The translations under genes were made by a program, and so were the position numbers. Source: an uncultured Candidatus Saccharibacteria bacterium (GTDB lineage Bacteria; Patescibacteriota; Dojkabacteria; SC72; WJKH01). Taken from it: 64,000 nucleotides of DNA. Below, in pieces: positions 56,634 to 64,000 of the stretch; within the stretch, counting starts at the first letter, position 1; each line of letters starts with the position of its first letter. Location of the stretch: assembly GCA_964602665.1 (NCBI GenBank), contig CAZRRH010000001.1:72414-136413 (forward strand). Direction: 5' to 3'. The notes beneath the pieces are model-generated. The model saw only the letters and a program-made list of their open reading frames with translations, was not told the origin of the DNA and made no database searches.

Positions 56634-58439
56634 ATGATAAAAAAGTTATCAGAAGACACAATAAATAAAATTGCAGCTGGAGAAGTTGTTGAGAGGCCGG
56701 CTTCAGTTGTAAAGGAGTTGATAGACAACGCATTGGACGCTAAAGCTACACAAATTAAAATATGGTTGTCTGAAGGGGGTAAAAAGCTTGTACAAGTAGA
56801 AGATAATGGTTGTGGAATTGTGCCAGAGGAGCTCAGATTAGCATTCGCGCCTCACAGTACAAGTAAAATCTCAAGCATAGATGATCTTAATAAATTAATT
56901 ACAATGGGATTTCGTGGAGAGGCTTTATCTACAATACAATCAGTTTCAAAGGTTAAAATCCTTTCAAAAACTAAAGAAAATCAAGATGCTTACCAGCTTG
57001 ATCTTACAACTTTAGAAAATCTTAAGCCCCAAAAAGCAGCTGGATTAGACGGAACAACGGTTACTGTATCAGAGCTGTTTTATAATGTTCCTGCAAGATT
57101 AAGATTTCTAAGGCAGGAGCAAACTGAGTATCGTAAAATTCTTGAGCTGTTGCAATCTTATTTTATAATAAATCCTGGCGTTAAATTTGAGCTGTACAAA
57201 GATGGCAAACAGGTAATAAAATTATCAAATAGCAGTTTTATTGATAGAGCCAAAGCAGTATTAAAAGCTGATTGGATAAACGATTCGTATGAGATTAATA
57301 CAAAAATTGATGGTGTCAAAATCTTTGGAATAATTGCTCAGCCTCATTATCACAATAGAAAGGTAGCACATCAATATATCTTTATAAATAACCGCCCCAT
57401 AACAGATCACGCAATTGCTAAGAGCGTTTCTTTGGGTTACGAAGGATATATCCCTGAGAATGATAGGATTCCCTTTATAATATCTCTGAGCGTAAGATCA
57501 GATTTAGTTGATGTAAATGTACATCCGAGGAAAGAAGAAGTAGCTTTCCTTAATCCGTTTAGAGTTTATAATGCCGTCACACAAGCTGTAGCACATATTG
57601 TTAAAAGCAACAAAAATTATCAGGAAACATCTAGCTTTTTCGATATAAACAAACCTAGAACTGGTAGTGGCTTTTTAGCAGAATCTCCAAATGATGCTTA
57701 CAAAGTTAGTAAAAAGAGTGGATTTAACGATAACTATAAATATCCAAAATCAAATACGGCAAGTGTGCAGGCGGGTTTGAAATTCTCAGAGGCAGTAATG
57801 ATGCAAGATAAAAACTTTGATCAGGTGAAATATGATAAAAGTAGCCAGACCGAATTTTCAGATACAGAAAAGGAAAAGTTAACACAACCAATCAATTATC
57901 TACAGATTTTTAACAAATTTGTTCTTATAGAATTTGCGGATAAAATATTAGTGGTTGATCAACATGCAGCCGCCGAGAGAGTGACATTTGAGAGATTAAT
58001 GCAAAGAGATAATAAACTAGAAATTGTAAGTCAGAAATTACTTATCCCACTGAAATTGTCTTTTGATGGCTCAAGAGTTGAATACATAAGAGAGCAAATA
58101 GAATTTTTTAGGGAAATAGGCTTTGATATAGAGTTTAAAAATAAAGAAGCAATAATACTTCAAGTTCCAGCTGATTTTGTTGGTGCAGATTTCGAGAAAA
58201 TGTTTACAGAAATAATTTTTGATGAGAGTAAAGAGCCTTTTGTTAGAAGAAAAACAGATATAATCGCAACAATGGCATGCCATACAAGTATTCGAACGGG
58301 TCAAAAGCTTGTCTTTGATGAGATAAAATCATTGTGGGCATCTCTTATAAGATGTGAAAATCCTTACAGTTGTCCACACGGTCGTCCAATTGTTTGGGAG
58401 ATAAAATTATCAGATTTAGATAGTAAATTTGAAAGATAA
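56634..58439 (+). CDS. mutL: DNA mismatch repair protein MutL
   Basis: 601 aa. GHKL ATPase motifs (AAGEVVERPASVVKELIDNALDA, DNGCGI, GFRGEAL) and a C-terminal dimerisation domain. Confidence 0.85.
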   Translation: MIKKLSEDTINKIAAGEVVERPASVVKELIDNALDAKATQIKIWLSEGGKKLVQVEDNGCGIVPEELRLAFAPHSTSKISSIDDLNKLITMGFRGEALSTIQSVSKVKILSKTKENQDAYQLDLTTLENLKPQKAAGLDGTTVTVSELFYNVPARLRFLRQEQTEYRKILELLQSYFIINPGVKFELYKDGKQVIKLSNSSFIDRAKAVLKADWINDSYEINTKIDGVKIFGIIAQPHYHNRKVAHQYIFINNRPITDHAIAKSVSLGYEGYIPENDRIPFIISLSVRSDLVDVNVHPRKEEVAFLNPFRVYNAVTQAVAHIVKSNKNYQETSSFFDINKPRTGSGFLAESPNDAYKVSKKSGFNDNYKYPKSNTASVQAGLKFSEAVMMQDKNFDQVKYDKSSQTEFSDTEKEKLTQPINYLQIFNKFVLIEFADKILVVDQHAAAERVTFERLMQRDNKLEIVSQKLLIPLKLSFDGSRVEYIREQIEFFREIGFDIEFKNKEAIILQVPADFVGADFEKMFTEIIFDESKEPFVRRKTDIIATMACHTSIRTGQKLVFDEIKSLWASLIRCENPYSCPHGRPIVWEIKLSDLDSKFER

Positions 58440-58662
58440 AGTTATGCTTGGAATTTTTAAAAAGAAAAAAGTAGTAGACGATAAACAAGAAGAAAAATCT
58501 GATTTGGTGCTTAAAAGCAAAAGAGATCTTGATTTGATAAAGCAGAATGAAAGAGCAATGCAAAAAGGAGTAACGCCGACGCTGCAAAATAAAAAGGCTC
58601 AAGAATACGCTCCGCAAATTTCTGAAGCGCTCAAAATATCTAACCCTTTTAAAGGAGAATAA
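58429..58662 (+). CDS. small Lys-rich hypothetical protein
   Basis: 77 aa. Overlaps the mutL stop by 11 nt and ends 2 nt before the ABC ATPase gene. No motif recognised. Confidence 0.25.
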   Translation: MKDKVMLGIFKKKKVVDDKQEEKSDLVLKSKRDLDLIKQNERAMQKGVTPTLQNKKAQEYAPQISEALKISNPFKGE

Positions 58663-58664
58663 TT

Positions 58665-59333
58665 ATGATAAAAGTAGAAAAACTAAAAAAGATATACAAA
58701 ATGGGAAAGAATAATTCAGTGATTGCTTTAGATGGATTATCTTTTGAACTGCAAGACTCAGAAGTATTGGCTTTGATTGGTAGCTCCGGATCTGGTAAAT
58801 CGTCATTTTTAAATGTATTGGGCGGTTTAGATACAAAATATCAGGGCAAAATTTCTATTAACGATAAAGACATACGCAAATATGATCAAACATATTATCG
58901 TAGATTTATGGTCGGTACAATATTCCAGCAGTTCTATTTAATTCCTAAGCTTGATGTTTTAGAAAATATAATGTTACCGATTTCTTTTGGGAAACAGCTT
59001 AAAAAACAGGACGCAAAAGAACGAGCAAAGTATTTATTAGATAAAGTTGGTTTGTATGAAAGAAGAAATCATAAGCCATCGGAATTATCAGGAGGTCAAG
59101 CGCAAAGAGTCGCAATAGCAAGAGCATTAATGGCTAAACCATCATTGCTTTTAGCAGACGAACCAACTGGAAACTTGGATAGCAAAACGGGTGAACAGAT
59201 ATTAGACTTAATGATGGAACTAAATAAAGAAGAAGGAAGCACAATGATAATAGTCTCTCATGATGTCGCTATTGCAAATAGAATAAAGAAAAAAATAATT
59301 TTAAGAGATGGAAAGAATGTCGCAGATAATTAA
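58665..59333 (+). CDS. ABC transporter ATP-binding protein (MacB/LolD/FtsE type)
   Basis: 222 aa. Walker A GSSGSGKSS, signature LSGGQAQRVAIARAL, Walker B LLLADEPTGNLD, H-loop SHD. Confidence 0.8.
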   Translation: MIKVEKLKKIYKMGKNNSVIALDGLSFELQDSEVLALIGSSGSGKSSFLNVLGGLDTKYQGKISINDKDIRKYDQTYYRRFMVGTIFQQFYLIPKLDVLENIMLPISFGKQLKKQDAKERAKYLLDKVGLYERRNHKPSELSGGQAQRVAIARALMAKPSLLLADEPTGNLDSKTGEQILDLMMELNKEEGSTMIIVSHDVAIANRIKKKIILRDGKNVADN

Positions 59334-60621
59334 ATATGCTTTAAATTTGGTTTTTAGAAGAAAGCTTCGTACTTTACTGACAAGTCTTGGCATAACAATT
59401 TCTGTTATACTGTTAAGCTTTATAATTTTTGGCATGAAAGGGCTTGAAAATGCATTAATAAACGAGTTTACTAGCAGATTTGATCCTAATGAAATAACGG
59501 TATTTAACGATAGCAGAATCAATGCTTTTGCAAGTGGTATGAGCCAAGAAGATGGTCGCAAAAAAGAGAAAAAATACGAGGTGATGAATGAAGAGGTTGT
59601 TGAGTTAATAAAAAACACACAAAAAGCAGAAAGTGTACAGCCCATTATAATGATAATGACATTTGACATTTACATTGATGGTATTGATGATCCATATCTG
59701 GATAATAATGTTGTAGGAATGGATTCTAAAGGCGATGATAATTTCTTCGTAGAGTATACAAAGGTAAGTATTGATTCTGATAAATATTTAGATTCTGAAA
59801 ATGTATATATAAGTAAGATGCTCTTAGACTATTATGATCTATCAGCAGACGAGCTAAGAGATAGAAAGATTGTTTTAAAGCCGACTAGAAATTCATTGAA
59901 TGTTGCACCATCAAAAACACTTTCTGGTAAAACATATGAACTTAAAGTAGGAGGAATAATTGATTCAGGGCAAGACAGGATGAGTCTTGTAATGTCCTTG
60001 GATAATGCAGAAAAAATACTTGCAGATATTGGAGGCTATGATAGTAAAGAATCTGTTATAAAAGAATACGGTTATACCCAGCTTATAGTTGAGGCAAAAG
60101 AAGGCCAAGTCGATGAACTTAAGAAATACATAGACGAGGAGCTGGGCTTTACTGCTTTTACTGCACAAGATTTTCTCTCTTTTATAAAAACACTTACAAA
60201 TGGGCTGACTCTTGCTCTTGTTCTTTTTGGTGTCGTATCCTGTTTTGTAGCAAGCATTGGTATTGTAAACACTATGGTGATGAGTATTTATGAGCAGACA
60301 AGAGAAATAGGTATAATTAAAGCTATCGGAGCAAATAACTTCCAGGTATTGGCGATCTTTTTAATGCAGTCTATGGTTATTGGATTAATAGGTGGCGTAT
60401 TAGGAGTTGGGTTTGTGCTCATAGTGGCCCATTTTGTTGATCCAATTATCGTCGAGCAGTTAAATCAGCAAGGATTTACTCTTACACATTTCTTCTCAAT
60501 TGAGCCGATAACAGTTGCAAGCATAGTCTTCGCTAGTATAGTTGTGGGAATAGTTGCTGGAATATATCCATCTGTAAGAGCGAGTAGGTTAGATCCAGTA
60601 AAGGCGTTGAGATACGAGTAG
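59308..60621 (+). CDS. ABC transporter permease, FtsX/MacB family (one TM, periplasmic domain, three TM)
   Basis: 437 aa with an N-terminal TM and a ~240-aa extracytoplasmic domain. The C-terminal three-helix FtsX domain ends with VRASRLDPVKALRYE. Confidence 0.75.
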   Translation: MERMSQIIKYALNLVFRRKLRTLLTSLGITISVILLSFIIFGMKGLENALINEFTSRFDPNEITVFNDSRINAFASGMSQEDGRKKEKKYEVMNEEVVELIKNTQKAESVQPIIMIMTFDIYIDGIDDPYLDNNVVGMDSKGDDNFFVEYTKVSIDSDKYLDSENVYISKMLLDYYDLSADELRDRKIVLKPTRNSLNVAPSKTLSGKTYELKVGGIIDSGQDRMSLVMSLDNAEKILADIGGYDSKESVIKEYGYTQLIVEAKEGQVDELKKYIDEELGFTAFTAQDFLSFIKTLTNGLTLALVLFGVVSCFVASIGIVNTMVMSIYEQTREIGIIKAIGANNFQVLAIFLMQSMVIGLIGGVLGVGFVLIVAHFVDPIIVEQLNQQGFTLTHFFSIEPITVASIVFASIVVGIVAGIYPSVRASRLDPVKALRYE

Positions 60622-60642
60622 AATTGTGATATAATATCCGTT

Positions 60643-61272
60643 ATGCCAACGAATTTAGAGGAAAACATACAGAAAGTAGAACAATTAAACGGATCAATTT
60701 CAGCTGAAAGCATGGAAATGCCACCTCAGGCATTAATTGTTGCCGGCGTAGTCGATGTGCAGGGATGGGCAATGATGTCTTTAGATGCAAGAAAACAAGT
60801 ATTAATCTCTGTCCTAGGACCTGAATATAATAAAAAGCTTGGTCTTGAAACACAAGCAGAGATGAGTCTTCCAGAAGATAAATCTGTTTCTGCAGCTGAA
60901 GTGCCTGTAAATAAAGATGAGATTACTCAGCTTCGGGATGAATTTGATAAACTTAAAAAAGAAGGTGAGATACTAACGGCAGAAGATAGAGAAAGAATTC
61001 ATGCTGAGAAAGGCGGTTTTGCCAATACAGGGATTGCGCCAGTACAAAAGCCAGCGGATGATAACTCAAAAAGTACTCAAAATCCCACATCATCTGCCCA
61101 AGATGTTGATAATGATGAAAAACCTGTAATAAAGTTTTTTGGTTATATGCCAACATTGGAGCTAATAAATAATTACCGATCTGTTCTTAACGACTCAAAA
61201 AAGGATGCTAAGGATAGCGAAAAATGGCTGTCTATGCTTATAAAAAAGATCCTTTTTAGATCTGATGATTAG
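60643..61272 (+). CDS. hypothetical cytoplasmic protein
   Basis: 209 aa, acidic/Lys-rich, no motif recognised. Confidence 0.3.
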   Translation: MPTNLEENIQKVEQLNGSISAESMEMPPQALIVAGVVDVQGWAMMSLDARKQVLISVLGPEYNKKLGLETQAEMSLPEDKSVSAAEVPVNKDEITQLRDEFDKLKKEGEILTAEDRERIHAEKGGFANTGIAPVQKPADDNSKSTQNPTSSAQDVDNDEKPVIKFFGYMPTLELINNYRSVLNDSKKDAKDSEKWLSMLIKKILFRSDD

Positions 61273-61303
61273 TCTTGTTTTAAAATAAAATAAAGAAAAT
61301 CAG

Positions 61304-62221
61304 ATGACAGAAAAGCTGCCTGTTTCAATAGTGATTCCTACAAAGAACGAGAGTGTATTACTACCTCGTTTGTTAGAAAGTATCCAGAAGCAAAAATACC
61401 AACCTCTTGAAGTTATCGTAGCTGATGCTTTTTCAACTGATGACACAAGGAATATTGCAAAAAAATACAAGGCAAAGGTAATAGATGGTGGAAGACTATC
61501 TATTGGGAGAAACAATGGTGCAAAGGAGGCAGAAGGGGAAATAATCTTTTTTATGGATGCAGACGCTCAGCTTCCTGATAACAATTTTATAAAAAGGGTG
61601 TACGATAACTTTATACGATCAAAAAGCGATATTGGGTCTACCCTCTTTAAAATTGACAGCGAGTCAAAAAAATATCCGGTAGCCTTTATATTTTATAATC
61701 TCTATGTTTTATTAAAGCTTATAAGTAGTTGGCTAAAAGAGCCATTTATTGAATCAGGGCTTTTCTTGATTTCGACTAGAGAGGCTTTTGCAAGGATCGG
61801 TGGCTTTAAAGATGTAAAACATGGTATTCCAGAGGATCTTGAATATATGCTTCATGGAATACATCTTGGGATGAAATATACGGTTTTACATGATAAGATA
61901 ATCGGTTCTGCAAGACGATATTACAATCTGTTTTCTGCAATTAAAACAGTAATGGGCGCAATATTATGTGGTTGGGTGGTTAAATTTAATCTTTATGACA
62001 AAGAGAAATTTATTGACCTTTCTTCTAAAATGTATGGAGAGTTAGGTGGCAAAGATAAAAACACAGAAGAAAAAAAATGGAATGCATGGGTTGCAGACTC
62101 AAGAAATAAAATATCAAATTATACAATGATTAGCAAAACGGTAGCACTAATAGGAGCGATTCTTGGGGTAGGATTAGTTTTATTAAAGCTGTTATCTCCG
62201 AGAAAACGACCCGAGAAATAG
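61304..62221 (+). CDS. GT2-family glycosyltransferase with a C-terminal membrane anchor (DPM/GtrB-like)
   Basis: VSIVIPTKNES, VIVADAFSTDDT, FMDADAQL (DXD). Hydrophobic C-terminal helices. Confidence 0.7.
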   Translation: MTEKLPVSIVIPTKNESVLLPRLLESIQKQKYQPLEVIVADAFSTDDTRNIAKKYKAKVIDGGRLSIGRNNGAKEAEGEIIFFMDADAQLPDNNFIKRVYDNFIRSKSDIGSTLFKIDSESKKYPVAFIFYNLYVLLKLISSWLKEPFIESGLFLISTREAFARIGGFKDVKHGIPEDLEYMLHGIHLGMKYTVLHDKIIGSARRYYNLFSAIKTVMGAILCGWVVKFNLYDKEKFIDLSSKMYGELGGKDKNTEEKKWNAWVADSRNKISNYTMISKTVALIGAILGVGLVLLKLLSPRKRPEK

Positions 62222-62289
62222 ATTTTTAGCAACAAGATTTTAGAGGTTTTCCTCTGTTTTAAAAAATCAAAATATGGTATTCTATAAAT

Positions 62290-64000
62290 ATGGATTTTAG
62301 AATTTTAGCTCAGATAGTCGGACCCGAATTACCGGCAAATTATCAAACAGCAACGGAACAAAATGGCAATGTCCTAATCAATGGTGGAAAAGATATTTCT
62401 TTTTCTGATTATGCCGTTTATATCGTCTGGGGGCTTTTCTTTTTGTTTTTTATCGGCACATTTGCGGCTTTTATAGTTTTCTATTTCAAAAAATTAAAAA
62501 AGGAAGATAGAGATGAAAAAGCAAAAAAATCTGTTCTAATGGAAGTAAGGGTTCCAAGAGGTAATGAGTATGAAATAGCTGTTGCAGAGCAGATGTTCTC
62601 AAATCTACACAGTATAGATGGCGCAAAAGAAGGCTGGAAAAAATGGGTGACAGTAAATCATTCTATAAGTTTTGAGATAGTAGGATTGCCAGGGGAAATT
62701 AGATTTTATGTTTACTGTCCACAGAAGTATGCTAATCTTGTTGAAAAACAGATAGTTGGTGCTTATCAGGATGCGGACATACAAATAGTGGAGGAGCATA
62801 ATATTTTCAAAGAAAACAGTAAAGTTGCATATACAAGTCTTATTACATCTGATGAGCCATATTACCCACTTAAAACTCATGAAGATTTTAAAGCAGACAC
62901 AATAAGCAGCGTATTAAGTGCTATGAGTAAACTACAAGATGGAGAAGGGGCTTTAATACAAATATTAATAACACCCGCTGGAAAAGACTGGCAAAAAAGC
63001 GGACAAGGATTTATCGAAAAAGTTGAGAAAAACAATGCTGATCCAGAGAAGAAAAGGATACATATAAGTCAGGAGCAATCTGAAGGTATTCGTAAAAAAA
63101 CATCAAAAGTTGGATATTATACTTCTATAAGAATTATTGCAACAGCGCCTGAGCAAGAACAGGCTGATTCCCATCTAAGTAGTATTGTTGGCGCATTTGA
63201 TCAGTTTAATAATCCGGGTCTTAATGAACTCAAAAAAGAGAAAATCGATAGACTAAGAGAGATGGAGTTTATTGAAGATGTGATATACAGGAAACCTCCT
63301 ATGGGTGCGATTTTCCCAATACTCAAAAAGATTACTCCCAAGAAATTTTTTAATGATAGCACGATATTAAATGTGGCAGAGTTGGCAACTATCTTTCACT
63401 TGCCAAATAAAAACACTGTCATCCCTAATATTCACTGGCTTTTGGCGAGAGAATTACCTGCCGATACAAGTATTAGCTCAGAAGTGAATTCAAAAAACAC
63501 AATATGGATTGGTGATAATGTTTTTAGAGGAGTGCGCAAAAGGATTTGTTTTGAAAGAGAGGATAGACGAAGACACGCTTACATCATTGGACAAACCGGT
63601 TCAGGTAAATCATATTTGCAGGTTAGGATGATGATACAGGATATTTACAATGGAGATGGGCTATGCTTCATGGATCCGCACGGGTCTACGGCAAGAATGT
63701 TGCTTGATCGAATACCTCATGAGAGAGCAGAAGATGTTATTTACTTAAATGTATCAGATTTTGAACGGCCACTTGGTATAAACCTGATGGATTTCCGAAA
63801 TGAGCAGGAAAAGCACATGATTATTAATGGAATGATAGACTTGATGAAAAAGTTATACGATCCAAATAATCAGGGAATTGTTGGCCCTATCCTAGAAAGA
63901 GCTGTAAGAAATGCTATGTTGACGGTTATGTCTGAGGAAGGATCAACGCTGGTTGAGGTGTTAAGAGTTATCACAGATCAGGAGTGGGTAAATAAGAAAT
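62290..64000 (+). CDS. VirB4/VirD4 (TrwB)-like P-loop NTPase with an N-terminal TM and a ~400-aa N-terminal domain (3' end beyond the window)
   Basis: ORF opens at ATG 62290 and is still open at 64000. It is not in the track because it is unterminated. TM at ~aa 40-65. Walker A HAYIIGQTGSGKSY is followed ~25 aa later by CFMDPHGS; TrwB has GATGTGKS ... IVDPNGD in the same arrangement. Confidence 0.5.
   Translation, partial: MDFRILAQIVGPELPANYQTATEQNGNVLINGGKDISFSDYAVYIVWGLFFLFFIGTFAAFIVFYFKKLKKEDRDEKAKKSVLMEVRVPRGNEYEIAVAEQMFSNLHSIDGAKEGWKKWVTVNHSISFEIVGLPGEIRFYVYCPQKYANLVEKQIVGAYQDADIQIVEEHNIFKENSKVAYTSLITSDEPYYPLKTHEDFKADTISSVLSAMSKLQDGEGALIQILITPAGKDWQKSGQGFIEKVEKNNADPEKKRIHISQEQSEGIRKKTSKVGYYTSIRIIATAPEQEQADSHLSSIVGAFDQFNNPGLNELKKEKIDRLREMEFIEDVIYRKPPMGAIFPILKKITPKKFFNDSTILNVAELATIFHLPNKNTVIPNIHWLLARELPADTSISSEVNSKNTIWIGDNVFRGVRKRICFEREDRRRHAYIIGQTGSGKSYLQVRMMIQDIYNGDGLCFMDPHGSTARMLLDRIPHERAEDVIYLNVSDFERPLGINLMDFRNEQEKHMIINGMIDLMKKLYDPNNQGIVGPILERAVRNAMLTVMSEEGSTLVEVLRVITDQEWVNKK

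Noticed and set aside
62605-62880. 91-aa minus-strand ORF
   Set aside because: It lies wholly inside and antisense to the long VirB4/VirD4-like ORF, which runs off the window end and was therefore omitted from the track.
1-64000. CRISPR arrays, rRNA genes, IS elements/transposases, toxin-antitoxin pairs
   Set aside because: No regularly spaced direct repeats, no rRNA-like conserved stretches, and no transposase- or integrase-like translations were seen on either strand.

Overview
This window is a gene-dense (about 90% coding), AT-rich stretch of bacterial chromosome. Its compact, overlapping genes and Lys/Ile/Asn-rich proteins suggest an ultra-small Patescibacteria/CPR-type organism; this is inference from gene content and composition, not a database hit. 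I saw no rRNA, CRISPR array, transposase or integrase.

The window carries the chromosomal replication origin: dnaA and dnaN, with perfect TTATCCACA DnaA boxes on both sides of dnaA and an AT-rich unwinding element in front of dnaN.

It also carries a conserved transcription/translation cluster on the minus strand, in order dnaJ, nusA, infB, a degenerate DHH-family gene, rpsO, pnp and a holA-like gene, with an XRE-family regulator inserted antisense. Other housekeeping genes are mutS, mutL, groES-groEL (with a textbook promoter overlapped by a palindromic operator), hisS and a family-4 uracil-DNA glycosylase. There is a cell-wall block (class A PBP, MltG, LCP protein) and a three-subunit 2-oxoacid:ferredoxin oxidoreductase. 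A thyA-folA-glycosyltransferase-dCMP deaminase nucleotide block is followed by a HIT / cytidylyltransferase / choline-kinase-like kinase module and three small membrane proteins. Two ABC transporters are present (an MsbA-like exporter and a MacB/FtsX-type pair).

Two tRNA-Ser genes are present. The CGA isoacceptor has an exceptionally long (~49 nt) branched variable arm. The GGA isoacceptor is followed by a 17-bp duplicate of its own 3' end plus palindromes, resembling an integration scar, next to an APH-like kinase gene.

Other points worth a second look:
- An MBOAT + SGNH O-acyltransferase pair.
- A stand-alone Lon-derived AAA+ module.
- An M16 peptidase pair.
- Two orphan OmpR-type response regulators with non-canonical receiver domains.
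- An FtsA-like actin ATPase paired with a 702-aa bitopic membrane protein between the two tRNAs.
- A 729-aa cytoplasmic protein with a GT2-like C-terminal half and Arg/Ala/Leu-rich composition unlike its neighbours.
- A VirB4/VirD4-like P-loop ATPase that runs off the 3' end of the window.

All calls rest on motifs read directly from the translations; none has been checked by a search.
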